A program made the translations under genes and the position numbers. DNA of 58,899 nucleotides, the filler included, from Dirinaria sp. TL-2023a (lineage: Eukaryota): the NCBI GenBank assembly GCA_051941275.1. It is 6 parts of 6 records of this genome, joined end to end, with 100 filler letters (N's around TTAATTAATTAA, not from the genome) between each part and the next. Parts side by side here need not be neighbours in the genome. Positions count along the whole stretch, not along the records: positions 29,553 to 39,272 come from JAVEBF010001010.1; positions 39,373 to 49,088 come from JAVEBF010001011.1; positions 49,189 to 58,899 come from JAVEBF010001012.1; 3 more parts are not named here. One strand, written 5' to 3'. Shown here in pieces: positions 36,709-50,060 of this stretch (its first letter is position 1; every line of letters starts with the position of its first letter). The notes beneath the pieces were generated by a model. It did not search any database and had not been told where the DNA came from. It saw nothing but the letters and a program-made list of their open reading frames with translations.

Positions 36709-37264
36709 ACTCTGATGCAGTGTTGGGGGTGCTAGGTGTGTGGGTGTCTAGTCCAGTCCACTGTTCTCTAACCAAGTCATGTACCTAGTTGCAAGAGATC
36801 GCGACAATGCTGATCGACCCCTCTCCACGGTTCACCCGGAGATGCACTACGTCAATATGTGGTTTAGCTACATTCATCCCCCGGGCGCCACCCAAAGAAT
36901 AATATATCGTACTTCTACCCGGGCGGTTGGCTCGGCTGCGAAACGGGCCGTCCAGGTGAACACTTATCTGGGGCCCCGCGGGGGGGGGGGTTTCAGTGCC
37001 CAGTAGCCCATCTCTCGTTCCTTCACCGGCTCAGAGCAGGATTATGTAGACCCGGAAGACATAGGATCCATCCCCTATTATTGGGCCAATGCTTTGCGCC
37101 TGCCCTGTGCTCGCACTCGCACTCGCAAAAGCAATCTGAGGCATGGATCCCCCACTCTTTTGATTTGGCGATACCCATAACAAGTGCCCTCTATATCCGT
37201 CCCCGAATTTTCTACCTACGTCCTGTGGCATCTCACAAGGCCAAAAAACAAGCAAAGGACCAGA

Positions 37265-38610
37265 ATGTATAATCAGACCTCGTTCGAAATCCCCGTTTCC
37301 ATTTTATCTCCATCCAAACAAGAATCATGGACCTATTTCTGGGTCCTTCTCGCCGTGCTCTACCCTCTCGTCTGCGCTCTCCTACGTAACGACCGTCTTC
37401 GTACTACCCTCGAAACTTTCCCTTATACCACGCGGCGCTCCTTCGCCTCCATGACCGACAATGACGCCATGCAGATCCAGCAAGACTTAGCGGAGCTTGA
37501 ATTTCCCTTCCTTTTCGAAAAGTCTCTCCAGTTCGCCCTGTTCCGCTCCTACGGCATCCCGACTGTCAGCAAGCTTCTGGTTGCGACGAGCCAATTTACC
37601 GAGCCCAGCACAGCGTGTAAGCGTTATACCGATACCGAGGTGCTGGTTACCGAAATCATCGCCAACGAGCCTGCTGCGGAGCGAACGAGAGAGGCCCTGG
37701 GGCGGATGAACTACATCCACTCGCAATACCGCAAGTCGGGCAAGATCCTCGACGACGACATGCTCTACACGATCTCTCTGTTCGCGTCCGAGCCAGTCCG
37801 GTGGATCGACCGCTACGAGTGGCGGAAGCTGGAAGATTTCGAGAAATGCGCCATCGGCACGTTCTGGAAGAGCGTAGGCGATGCAATGGAGATTAGCTGG
37901 GAGAAGTTGAGGAGTGGCACAGGTGGGACACAAGGGACATGGAAGGACGGTTTGCATTTCTGGGAGGAATTGATAGAGTGGAGCCTGCAGTACGAGCAGG
38001 AGAAGATGGTCCCGGATCCGAACATCCACAAGACCGCCGAGGAAACGATCGCAATCCTACTTTGGGGGGTGCCAAACCCATTGAAGCCAGTTGGCAGGCA
38101 TCTCGTGAGCGCCTTGATGGGCGACAGGTTAAGGACCGCCATGATGTAAGCTCTCAAGCTCATATGAGAAGCTACGGCCATGCTGACACGGACTATTGCA
38201 GGTATCCGAACCCGCCGGCAATTTATCACTACATTGTCACTTACGGCTTCGCTGTTCGTAAATACCTCCTTCGTTACCTCTCCCTCCCTCGCCCATCATT
38301 CCTCCGTCACCACCACATCACCGAGCTCTCCGAAAATGGGACTTATTACTACAAGCGATACGAGGCTGCACCCTATTATGTCAAGCCCACTCTATGGAAA
38401 CGCTGGAAGCCTACAGCGTGGCTGACATGGCTGATGGGCTTGCCACTACCTGGTGACGAGGGTGACAAGTACTCGCCGGAGGGATATCGGATTCCGGAAA
38501 TCGGGCCGCGCAGTATGAAGGGGAAAGGTGGCGATTACGCGAGCACTGTAGTGGAGGGGCTGAGAACGACCAGAACGGGCGGATGTGTTTTCGCCGCCAA
38601 GACACAGTGA
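37265..38610 (+). CDS. ER-bound oxygenase MpaB/rubber-oxygenase (DUF2236) family protein
   Basis: N-terminal TM; EFPFLFEKSLQFALFRSYGIPTVSKLL, KRYTDT, MNYIHSQY, DDMLYT; C-terminal GGCVF; predicted intron 38146-38201. Confidence 0.9.
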
Positions 38611-39272
38611 TTCGTTCAATTAACCGGCGAGTAAGGTACGGTGTGCTTATGCTTGACGAGCAATAGCCCTAGTCTTCGCAGCTTGGATCTTGCTAGCGTC
38701 TATAATAGCTCACTAAGGTACCCGCTGTAGAACTCGAATGCAACCATGGAGTAAAATATACGAGATGTCTAAACATTTCATTGATCCACAGGAGCTTCCA
38801 ACCCATATGTGTAAACACATCATAAAATCTCTAGTGTGTGTGTGTGTGCGCGCGCGCTCTACATATACACACACCCTCACTGATTCCGATTATTCCACAT
38901 CAACCACAAACGGGAATTCCGTCGCTCTATATCAGGGAGTAACCGACCGACCGACCACCACCGCCTTAGTCTTTCTTTAAAAAGTCTCTCTACTTCTTCC
39001 CTCCCTCCGGATGTGGATCCGGTAATATGCCCTCGGCTTCTAACCGCCGTCGAGCTTCTTCCAGCGCCCAGGTTTGTATCCTGCGGGAAGGAGTTTTCGG
39101 ATTAGCATTCCTGCCTCCCCATGTTTTTGCCCCCGAAATAATATCTAACTAATCCCCCCGCCAAATACATTTTACTATCTCAACCCATGCTCTTAACTTT
39201 CATGATTCCGCCCTTCTCATCCCCACCATTGTCAATGGGGACCAACAGCCCCCCACCCTCAGATCCCACAAT

Positions 39273-39372
39273 NNNNNNNNNNNNNNNNNNNNNNNNNNNN
39301 NNNNNNNNNNNNNNNNTTAATTAATTAANNNNNNNNNNNNNNNNNNNNNNNNNNNNNNNNNNNNNNNNNNNN
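39273..39372. other. Artificial contig-joining linker
   Basis: N44-TTAATTAATTAA-N44. Confidence 0.98.
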
Positions 39373-39407
39373 GGGCCACCCTTTCCCCTCCGGGAGGAAC
39401 TTTCTAT

Positions 39408-41559
39408 TCAATCCTCCTCAAAGATAGGGACTTTGTCCGCATAGCGCAAGATATTCGACTGGATGTTCTGTTCGATGTGCTCGCCTTTGCCGCCGGCGAC
39501 TCGGAGGATGAGATCGTTGAGGGAGCTGCGGCCGAGGATATCGACGTGGTCGCCTTTGGAATAGTCAGCTATAGATATGGCGTCTAGGGGGCTTTTTTCA
39601 AAAAAAAGAAAAGGGGTGGGAGAACTAGTCGGAGAGGGAAAACTTACCAGTATTGGGTCCGCCACGAGGACTAAACCGATCGGGCTCGTGCGGCATCTCA
39701 TACACTGTGACCTTGACGCCCGCCGGGTTAAAGCGCTTCAGCTTCCAGCCCTTGACACACATGTACCCGTTGCTCATCAGCGGCACGGTCCCGTCGCCTT
39801 CGCCCAGGATGACGCCGCGATCGACCATGGTATCGCCGCCGGCCGGAGTGGTGAAGCCCGTGTCGATGGTGACGTTGGTTTTGCTCAGCGGATCTTGGTC
39901 CTCGCGGTAAAAGTAGCTGCGCTCGGTGGGCTTGCCAATGCCGTAGAAGCAGTAGACCTTGAGGTTCGGGGCCAAGGGCAAGCGCGTTTCCAGCGGGTTG
40001 ATCCACTTCCGGTGGTCGTGCTCGTTTCGCTCCACTTCGGCGCCGGTCTTGGCTACGCCGTGCGAGTAGTTGTCCCGCACTTGGCGTTGGTACCATGGCT
40101 CGCTTTTTTTCAGGAGGTATTCGATGCTTTCTTCCACTGTGAGGTTTGCGGGGGAGTGGGTGGAGTTGCTTTCACGGAAGTTGATGAAGTTGCCGTAGCT
40201 GACTCTTTGCCCTTCCGCGTCGTCTGGCGCCCACTCGTGCGTTCCCCATATTGCATCGCCTCCTTTGGGAAGCATGCTGGAAGCACCAGGCATGGCACGG
40301 AAAAGGTCGCAGCGTTCTTCTCTGGCAAGAAACCTCTCGAGGCCGTAGACCGCAAATGCGTTGAGTTGCGCCGTATCCTTCATTTCGCCAGACAAGACTG
40401 CGGGCACACCTTTCAGAGCGCCGAGCAGTGAGCCAGAAATATTGATCCATGCATCGACGTATTTGTCCACCCAATCGCTGCCGCCATTACCATGATCAGG
40501 CGAAGCGACCCAGTGAAAGAACCAGAAAAGGACTTGAGAACCCATACTGTGAGAGATGAGGACGACCTTTTCGTCAGATGTTTTGAGCGCGGTCTCAATA
40601 TGTGTTTTTAGACGTGTAAAGTAAGCATCTCGAGTCTCGAGGTTTGTGCATGAGAGGCGCCAGTCGTAAGCTGCTGTGAATGCATTGGTTCTGCGCCAGG
40701 TCAGCCACCTCTGACAAATTGAAATCCCGGGACTGACCTACGGATCGTAGCCAAGAGTCGCAAGGTTCTCCAAAATCTTATTCCAGATCCAATAGCCTGT
40801 AATGAAGCTTCTATAGTCAGCGCTCTTGCTTGCCTTGGTACAGGAGTGCACGTACTCACAAGTCCGTAGCATCAAAGCCTTGCGCAGCACGCAATTTGAC
40901 GCCTGGAGGATCCAGCCCCGTGTCCTTATCCAGCATGATATGTTTTTTCCAACTCGCCTTGTCCATGATCAGCGCCCTTATCATACTCCAACTACCCCAA
41001 AGTCTTTTCCTGAAATACTGACGGGACGCTTCTTCGGTACCCCAGCTCTCTAAGCCCGTGGATATGACGCCTGGTATCATGATGACCGGGTGCTTCGCTC
41101 TCACCCCCTGCGACTGCAGATGTAATCCCACTGAGAAGGAATCATAATTGACCGCTGCACGCTCATTTCGCTATTAACCACGAGGCTGTATCAGCTTCAG
41201 TTTCAGCGCCTTCTCGTTCTGGGACCACACGAAAAAGCCCGGAAAAAGCGTACCGTGATGTCTTTGGCGTCATTGACAATCCCAGCGGGGATCACATCAA
41301 GGACTGACTCCAAGTTGATGTCCAACAAACCCTCGAGGCCCAAGACATCATGGCGCTGAGCGAAGAAGGCCGCTATGAGGATGCCAAACAAGCCTCCTAA
41401 GCCGAATACATACCATTGCCGTCGGCCCCCTTTTCTCTTGCTGAGCTTCTGGAGATGGGCGGCTGGCACAAGTTGCACTGGCTCTCCCCTGACGGGCGAT
41501 GGAGCACGCGAAGGATCTGAAGACGAGTCGCTTAGAAGGCGCTGTCTCAAGGTAGACAT
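39408..41559 (-). CDS. LRO1: Phospholipid:diacylglycerol acyltransferase (PDAT)
   Basis: PVIMIPGVISTGLESW, YDWRL, HSMG nucleophile motif, LSGEMKDT, GDGTV, HVDILG; multi-exon with GT-AG introns (for example 41171-41253 and 39554-39647). Confidence 0.95.
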
Positions 41560-41853
41560 AGTTAAGCTCGAGGATGGAGCGAGTACATTTTCAAGATAGA
41601 AAGAGGGAGAATCTGGATTGGAGCTCAGGCAGCAGTATTTGTAGAAATTGTGCCAGGCGTGAGAGAGAATAAATCGAAAAATCGATAAATCGATAAATCG
41701 ACAATCACATGCAAATCCACTGGGGCTTGGCAGCCGCTGCCGCTGTCGGAATCCGACATGTTGATCAGCTCGACAGCAGTAATGGAATATAATAAGGTAG
41801 GTTCGTGTTTCACTTCACACATCTTCTGCCTGTCATGATATTCCCCCTCCGTC

Positions 41854-42531
41854 ATGAGTGTTCAGCCCGGAGCGCTACCTCTCCGGCCTTCAGAAAGCCT
41901 TCGCTATGTGCAGTATGACGGCAACAAAGAGAAACTCTATCTGTCGGCAATTCGACAATTGATCTCCAAAGATCTCTCCGAACCCTACAGCATCTATGTC
42001 TACAGGTATTTCCTCTACCAATGGGGTGATTTATGCTTCATGGTACGCCTGTGGAGAGAGTCTTGTTCTCGGAAAAGCATCTGATCGTGATCTAGGCTCT
42101 GGATGCGCATGATAACCTTGTGGGAGTTGTCATTTCCAAGTTGGAGCCTCACAGAGACGGCCCCTTGAGAGGCTATATCGCTATGCTGGCCGTCAGGGAG
42201 GAGCATCGAGGCAAGGGAATCGCCACGAAGCTTGTCCGAATGGCCATTGATATCATGATCGAGCGAGAAGCAGACGAGGTACGTTTACTTTCGTAAAGTC
42301 TCCTCCTTCTCTCCTCGGCGCTCAAAAATGTAGATCGCTCTCGAGACCGAAGTCACCAACACAGCGGCAATGAAACTCTATGAGCGACTGGGCTTTCTCA
42401 GGAGCAAACGTCTCCACCGTTACTATCTCAACGGCAACTCAGCGTTTCGCTTCGTTCTGTTTGTCAAGGAAGGGGCTGCGACCCTGCAATATGAGGAAGA
42501 CTATGACGCCGACCTTCCTCCTTCATCGTAG
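41854..42531 (+). CDS. MAK3: NatC N-alpha-acetyltransferase catalytic subunit (Naa30)
   Basis: DLSEPYSIYVYRYF, RGYIAMLAV..RGKGIA, LETEVTN, RYYLNGNSAFR; predicted introns 42043-42095 and 42279-42333. Confidence 0.95.
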
Positions 42532-42633
42532 TATGCTCTAAGTAAATTCCCAAGACGCCCCGCGCCAATGCTTATGCCAAGCCACATACCGAGACAAACC
42601 TGATGTTCCCTCACCGGTCTGTCGCTCACCTGA

Positions 42634-45600
42634 TCATGCAGTCGCCTCGACCAAACGGAAGCCTGCGCTAACCGTCTTCTGGATCTCTTCATTCTTGTGT
42701 TGCAAGAGAGAAAGCGCATAGGCAACATCGTTCCACTGCCTCTCAGTTTCACATCTCGCGAGTCTTGCCGCCAGTTTATCGGCAAGCTGTTTAGCGTGCT
42801 TGTCCTGTGGCAAGTCAACAGAGGCCTACCAAAGAAGAGCTGGAGTGGTGATCTTACCTTCTCGATAAACGAAGATAAAAATTTGATAATTCTCTTGAGC
42901 GCCTCCTCTTCGAGACCCTTTTCCGCGCTGAGTAAAGAGAACATATCAATGAAATGATTATAGACCGCATTGTCTTTTGTTGCAAGCTCCGTGAAGAACA
43001 TTCTTGAGAGATCAGCGATTCTTTTATCGGAGTCTTCCAAGCATTTCGCCATTTCACCCAATTGACCCTTAACCTTCACTTGGCCTGCGAGAATAAGGAA
43101 AGTCAACGTCATGAGGCAGGTCCGCTTCACAGACGTTTCGTTGTCGTTCAACCGCCTGTAAAGGAAGTCGGTATTCTCGTCGATCAGATGGTTGAAGCAG
43201 ACAGCCATGTCTCCCAGTGCGATTACTACATTGCTTCTAGTGACCGCGTTGTGTGATCTCTCAAGTATCGTGATGAGGAGAGGCAGGTTTGTCTCACAAT
43301 ACTCAGATGAGACACACATCAGCTTCGCCATGCACAACGTCGCCGCGGCCTGGAGGTCTTCATCCTGGTAAGCAGTGTTGTTCGAGCAGATCTCCGTCAC
43401 CAAGGGACCGAAGTTGGATAAGAGGGAATTTTCGCCGTACAAAAGCTCCCTTTCTCGGATGTGAGACATAGCCTCCGTAAAGTCATCCTCGGTGGTACCT
43501 CCAATTAGGTCCAGTTCGTCTTGCTCGCTCTCGCCAGCCTTCTTTGGAGATGCGTTGGCCGGCTTACTCTTTTCTTTTTCGGCTTTTCGTCTTTTGAAAT
43601 CGAGCTCGCACAATTCTAGGTGCACAATTTGCTTAATGGCTATATGCCCAACAATGAATAGCAATTGAGACAGAGCTAAAGAGCCCTTTTGCTTCCTCTC
43701 GGACTCTTCCAACGGTGGCGTTGGCAAACGACTTTCGCCCTCTACACCTTCCATAGCGTCCGTGTCCGGCTTCATCGCTTGACGCTGGAATACGGATCTA
43801 GTCTTTCTCCGGAGAACATCAGAACACAATGTGTCCGGGTGTTTCGATATGGTGTAGATAGCGCCAATGGCTTGCTCAGCAACACCGAACCTCGATAGAG
43901 TCAGTACGGTTGTTGCTTCTTCCCACGGAGAGTACTACTTACCACTCCTTGCTATCAGAGGCAATCTCTATGATTGCAGCCAGTTTGGTGAGAACAGCAT
44001 GATCATTGGGAAGCTTTGAAGGAGGGGATGCGTCCTTCGTTTGCCGTTTGCTGGGATTGATGCGCCTCAACGCGATACAAGTGTATTTGGCAAGGGACAG
44101 GTCTGAACGGCCTAAGCTTCCAAGGCCGATCCGAAGCATAGTATCCATTTCGCGTACGACAATACTTGGGTCAGCGGTAGCTAGCATTCCCAGCACAATT
44201 ATGGCCCCTTTTCGCTGATTCTTCGAAATTGCTTGTTTCTGTACACCATAGACGTGCCAAAGCTTACTGATGACAAGCTCAGATATGTAATTTTCTTTCA
44301 TCATCACACTCAGCAGCTGCTCCAGTGATGTCAACTCAGCCGGTGTGGCGCCGAAGGTGAGACTGATCATACTACGAGCGATATAGTTGGCGGCGTCGTT
44401 CTCACCAAAAGAGTCCGGAGCTCCGAAGAAGAGACCGCGATAGCAATCAATCAGATGGCTTTGCACCCCTTTACCCTCGTCACTGTTTCCTTTCGTCCAG
44501 ATCAAGCGCAGCATGCGCCGGATGCCAGTCCTCGCCGTTTCGATCTTATAAGCGTCGATTACCACAAAGAAGTCCATAGCTTCGATTACTTCGCTCTTGT
44601 TCTTGGATGAGAGGAGCTGACAGACAACTGGCGTTGCCTCGTGCAAAACATCAATGAAGCGCATTGCTTCAGTGTAGTACTTGCGCGTCAGTTGCAGTCT
44701 CGTCGTAAGCTCCGAGGACGCTGCCGCATCTGCTGCTTTCTTAATTACGGCTGCTTGCTGCTCTTCGGTCATCGCAGGAGCTTCTTTCGATTCATCCTCA
44801 ATAACGGTCGCGTCGTCAAGCAGGGCGGTGTCAGCCGGATCGCTTCCCTCGACATGATCAGGCGAGCCGACTGAAGGTTTCAGAGCATCAAGCTCGGCTT
44901 GGACGGCTTGCAAACGCTCGTGCCAATCCTTGTAAGACAGCTGTCCGCCGTGCATAACGCTGAACGGATGAGTCGATACTAATTTGCTAAGGAGCCTTAT
45001 GGCGTTTCTTCGCACGTTACTGCTCTTATCTTCAAGACTGCGAGCGGCGAGCTCTGCAGCTGCTTGTCGTCTCTTGGGGAACTTTTGCTCCAAGTCACAT
45101 AGCTTTAGGTAAACTTGAATATTCCTACAGCGGCAATAGGGGTTCGTGTCCAGGAATCGCTCCTCCAGAATATCAAAGAATCCGTTGATATGTGTCTTGG
45201 AATTCTCGTTGTGCTCTTCTTGTTTGCTGAGATCGGTGATCAGGTTGCCACATACTTCGATAACGGCACACCGAAGAGTGTAAGCCTGCAGATGTTAGGG
45301 AACCCCAAAATAAATTGCAGCTTCGGTCATACCTCGCTGTCAAGCTGCTTCACGAGTAGAGTCATCTGCTTCATGACCAGTCTGGGCGCGAGCTCTGAGA
45401 GCTTAATGATGAATGCCGAGACCGATTTCGGACCACGAGTATCGTTGCTGTTGAACTCCTTGTTGCTGAGATCTCTGTAGCAAGATTAGGAAAGCAAGGA
45501 CTAGTAAGCTCAACCAAACCCACCTTAAAATTTCGTCAGCAAGCTGCGGATAGTCGTACTGCTCTGATAATATGTGGAGGAACTCGGCCATTGGTTCCGC

Positions 45601-46525
45601 TAGGTGCTCGAAATACGAGAGGTTTTGAATTATTGAGGTTTGTGCACCTAAAATCAATTAGCATTGTATGAAGAACTTGCTCAAACTTTTGGTAGCTACC
45701 AAATGCATGTCCATGGTGCTTGACGGCAATGCACAGGACTTTGAATGCATGCATTCGTAGCGCTGTATTTTTGATACGTTGTTCGCTCTCGAGAATAAGG
45801 TATACTGATCTTGTGAAAAGACTGACAAAGGTATCCCTTTCTGACGTGGTGATGAAAATCTTTCCAAGTTTCAGCTTCAGAACTTTGCACATCGTATCAA
45901 GCGCAGTCAAAAGCTGGCTAGTTGAGTCCCAAGAACCATCTTTTCCATTTGTTTTTGCTTTGCTACCTTTGCCTGCACCCCTACCTTTGGCCGGATGACC
46001 ACCTGTTGGCTTTTCTGCTGCTTTGACCTCGACGACGGAAATTGACCACTGCAGCAAGAAGGCGTACATTTCCAGGACCTGTTTATGTTGCCGTAGAGCA
46101 TCTTGCTCCTCCGTTTCAAGGTCACCGTGCACGACGTCTGCTTCTGTAGAAAGCCCAGAGATAAGAAGATCGAAGATCTTGCTTAGAGAGTGCGTAGGTA
46201 GTATAGAAACTGTTCTAGAAATTTTGAAGAGCTCAGAATCTGGTTCTTTGAGATGGATCTGCTGGGACTCAAGGAAAGTTGGGGCACACTTTAGTAAGAA
46301 TTGTAGCGAGTCAAAGGCGGAGCTTTTCGTGAGTGCATCAGGGTTCTCGGCGATGGAATCCACAATCGGATTCAAGACACTGTTGATGAGACCGCTCGTC
46401 AGCGATTCTGGATCGCTTTCGCAATCGACCAAGGCTCCGTCCGCTTCGGGGGTTGAGATTGTGGCAGGGTCACTGAGGTAATGCTTGAGCGAGTCATTAA
46501 CATCGAAGTCCACTCTGTCGTCCAT
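42634..46525 (-). CDS. YCS4: Condensin complex subunit 1 (Ycs4/Cnd1/CAP-D2)
   Basis: HEAT-repeat segments CIAVKHHGH, YFEHLAEPMAEFL, RFLDTNPYCR, DKSSNVRRNAI, LIGGTTEDD, RSNVVIALGD, LILAGQVKVKG; several short introns; last exon DKHAKQLADKL..ATA* ends at 42634. Confidence 0.95.
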
Positions 46526-46654
46526 GATGTCGGAAGCGCGTAGGGAACGCTACAAGTGGCAATCAATCAGAGTGTATAAGAGTTGAGACGTCACAGAGTC
46601 CCAGCAGTCTCCACTGTTGACAGTTTACCACATTTAGCTTAGCATTATTGACAA

Positions 46655-46666
46655 ACGCGTCACGTG
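46655..46666. promoter_or_regulatory. MCB box (ACGCGT) abutting an E-box (CACGTG) in the YCS4/CDC7 divergent promoter
   Basis: ACGCGTCACGTG lies near the middle of the ~260-bp gap between two cell-cycle genes. Confidence 0.55.
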
Positions 46667-46784
46667 TGCTGTATTAGTACCCGTTGGACAAGCATTAATT
46701 AGCCGTTGTACCTGCAGCAACTGAAGATGATCTCTTGGGTCAATTAGCTGAGTCGGGTGAGTCAAATACTGGTGGACCATAGCG

Positions 46785-48262
46785 ATGCTTTTGATAAATG
46801 CCACCATGGAGGAGGAGGAGAACCCTTTCGTGACTCACCCGCCAAAGCGTGCGAACGCCGAATTAATACCCGGCTACGCCCAGGATGAGCAGCAGCTCTA
46901 CGAGAGCTCTGAAGAGTCCGAGAGCTCTATTGAAAGCCCTGTTGAGGTCAATGAGACCGTTCGGGAGGACATGTGCAAACTCGAGGAAGTCTTTGTGGAC
47001 ATGGGTCTAAAGTTCAGGATGATAGATCGAATCGGCGAAGGTAAGCGGGCATCATCCTCTTGACAACACCAGCTACCCGTGGACGACCGCTGAATGTCAC
47101 CACAGGCACGTTCTCTACCGTCTACAAAGCCGAGGATATGCACTACGAATATTATCAGAACGATTGGGACAAGGAACAGTCGGATGGATCCAAATGGTCC
47201 ACTCCTCCGGCCAGGCATACGGCGTCTAAGTCGTCGCAGACGGGTTCTACAAAGAATAGCCATGGTCGGCGACGGCCAAACAAGTCGCGATTCGTTGCCA
47301 TCAAGAAGATCTACGTCACAAGTAGCCCGATGCGGATACAAAATGAGCTGGAGCTGCTGCACGCGCTCCGAGACTGCGACTCCATTTGCCCACTCATCAC
47401 AGCTTTCCGGCATCAAGACCAAGTAGTCGCCATTCTCCCTCACTTCCGACACCAGGACTTCCGCACTTTTTACCGGCAGATGTCTCCGTACGACATCCGT
47501 CTATATTTCCGTTCTTTATTTACTGGGCTTGCTGCGGTGCATAGACAGGGTATAATACACCGAGATATCAAGCCAACGAATTTCCTGTACGATGTGGAGA
47601 GGAAACGAGGCGTCTTGGTGGATTTTGGGCTCGCGGAGCGAGAAGGCACGGACTGTTCCCATTGCGTATGCCAAGATGGTCAGTCTCTCCGCGCCTCGAA
47701 GGTAAAGGGGAGCAGGGCATGGGCTCAGGGTCCTGCTGGAGGGTACCCGAAAAACGATCAGAGAGCATCGCGAAGAGCAAACAGAGCCGGGACGAGAGGT
47801 TTCCGAGCACCAGAGGTCCTCCTGAAATGCACCGCCCAATCAACGAAAATAGATATTTGGTCCGCCGGCGTCATACTGCTGACCATGTTAGCCCAGCGCT
47901 TCCCATTCTTCAATTCGGCAGACGATATCGAGGCTTTGATCGAGATCGCGTCCATCTTCGGGCAGCGGAAGATGAAGAATTGCGCGTACCTGCACGGCGC
48001 CGTGTTCGAATGCACGCTGCCCACTATCGGCGAGAAAGGATATTCGCTGGAGCACATCATCCATTGGTCTCTGGAGCGCTCGAGAGTAGATGGGGGCGAT
48101 CAGCTCGATCTGGGGACCAGGCAGTGTATAAAGTTTTTGGAGCGGTGCCTGGAACTGGATCCCAGGAAACGGATTTCAGCCAGATCAGCGTTGGCGGGGG
48201 ACTTCTTGTCTGAGGAAGCGCCACTCGAATCAGAGATCGATGAGCTTCAATTGGTCCAGTAA
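46785..48262 (+). CDS. CDC7: Cdc7/Hsk1 (DDK) serine/threonine kinase
   Basis: IGEG|TFSTVYKA (intron 47041-47105), VAIKKIYVTSSP, HRDIKPTNF, DFGLAE, RRANRAGTRGFRAPEV; alternative start GCCACC-ATG-G at 46806. Confidence 0.95.
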
Positions 48263-48572
48263 TTATGATTCTTGCAACAGCATGAGATACCCTTTCTGAA
48301 ATTATGCTTCATAGGAGGCCGGCGAGCTGCAGCGATGCCGCTTCGGTCTGTGTCAGTTTGACCTAAAAATTTAGCAAAAACAAGCAGTAGCCGGTTCCTC
48401 TATATCCCCATTTCGCTCACTCGCACGTGAAACGCATAGGAAAGGCACAAATCATGTAATGAACTCTTTGGAATTCTCACAAGAGGGTGCTCAAGCTAAC
48501 GGGAATAATATTTCGTGGCTGAGAATTCCTGCTTGCCACACCCATCCATAATTTTGCAACAACCTTACTACC

Positions 48573-49088
48573 TTACGCAACCAGTTCCACGATCCCTCCC
48601 GCGTCTCTGATCTTTTTCTCCGCAAGAGCACTGACGAACCGCGCCCTGACCACAAGGGGGATCTCTGGAAGCCGGCCTTTGCCCAACACCTTCGAGTAGC
48701 CCAGCGCTAACAGATCCAGGACCGGTGCGGTGTCGGACTTCTTCCCAGCTAGCCATTCGTCGCGTTTCTCCGTAGGTACGAGGGACCATAACTAGAAAAT
48801 CGCACACACACACACAGAAAGAGTCAGCCAGCTGTTCTGCACACCGATATGCCGTGTGCCCAAGTAAACTAAACGCCCAATCCCTCTCTCAATCCCAGTC
48901 CATAGTCACTCTTTTCCCACGAATCCCCCCCTTTCATACCGATATTTACCCAATTCAAAAAAAAAATTCCCCAACAAACATACCTTATCCAAATTCACGA
49001 CCGGCTTCCAGAACTGCTGCTGCACTTTATGGAAATACCGCATCCCGACCTTGCCAAAGTAGCCCGGGTGGTATTTGTCGAGGTTCGT
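48573..49088 (-). CDS. RPL28: 60S ribosomal protein uL15 (yeast L28 / L27a), 5'-truncated by the contig end; not in the ORF track
   Basis: Exon 48984-49088 [30 protein letters not shown]; intron 48792-48983 (GTATGT..CTAG); exon 48573-48791 [34 protein letters not shown]. Confidence 0.97.
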
Positions 49089-49188
49089 NNNNNNNNNNNN
49101 NNNNNNNNNNNNNNNNNNNNNNNNNNNNNNNNTTAATTAATTAANNNNNNNNNNNNNNNNNNNNNNNNNNNNNNNNNNNNNNNNNNNN
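49089..49188. other. Artificial contig-joining linker
   Basis: N44-TTAATTAATTAA-N44. Confidence 0.98.
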
Positions 49189-50060
49189 GTGATAGTGTTA
49201 CCTCTCTCCAGCGACAATTCAAAGGCAGAGCTTCGGTTCTCTTTTGACTCTAAAGGTACATAGGTAGCCAAGTACATAAGGTAGGTAAGGTAAGATACAT
49301 AGACGAATACACATTTCGCTAGGCTGCTATACTTCGAACTAGCTTGAGTTGGAAAAGTCGAACATTACCTAATGCTTTCAGATTTCTAATTCATGCATAG
49401 GTAACGAATGATACTGGAGCAGAATGCCATCACTACACCATGATCAGCTCAGGCCACTAACGCACGGGCATTCTCAATTTCGGTTTCCATTTTGTTCTTT
49501 CGTTTCCTTATTGGTCATAGAGCATTGTGGGCCGGAGAAGTGACAAAGTGCCACAGTAGCATACGTGATTGGAGGAGATGGGGGCCACTATAATGCTACT
49601 CTTCATGTCCGAACAGTCTCAAGGCCACAAGCGAGCCAGGCTGCAGATTATTCATGAGGTCGAGGCGGTTCGAAGAATCTCCGTGCTTACACGAGGTCGT
49701 AATCGCTAATACTTACCTACCGAATGCGCGCTGCAAGCAGACCCCAGCGACATTCCCGTATTAATTGGCTCGCTTGAGTTTCACGCTAATCCAGACGCGC
49801 TGCAATGTTTGATGAGATCTTCCTTCGGCCCTGCGCCGATCTCTCGAGGGACCCCTTTTTCCTTCATCCCATTCTCCATCTCGCACTCCCTATTCCTACT
49901 CCATTCCCCAACAGCATTTTCTTCAGACTACACAACACATTCTTTTAATCACCCAGTCACTCTTTCCTTCGATTTATCAATCAATCATAGTAATACTTGC
50001 ACCAATCCACTGTTAATCTATCACCCACTCATAGCGACACTCGCAAATTCAATCGCTATC

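Noticed and set aside
39577..40431. 284-aa plus-strand ORF
   Set aside because: Antisense shadow of LRO1
26826..41559. Biosynthetic cluster of P450 + MpaB-like oxygenase + acyltransferase (mycophenolate-like)
   Set aside because: The genes lie on three different contigs, no PKS/NRPS/prenyltransferase is present, and LRO1 is housekeeping
42501..42860. Apparent overlap of YCS4 with MAK3 via the extended ORF to 42501
   Set aside because: Read-through of an intron; the spliced last exon stops at 42634
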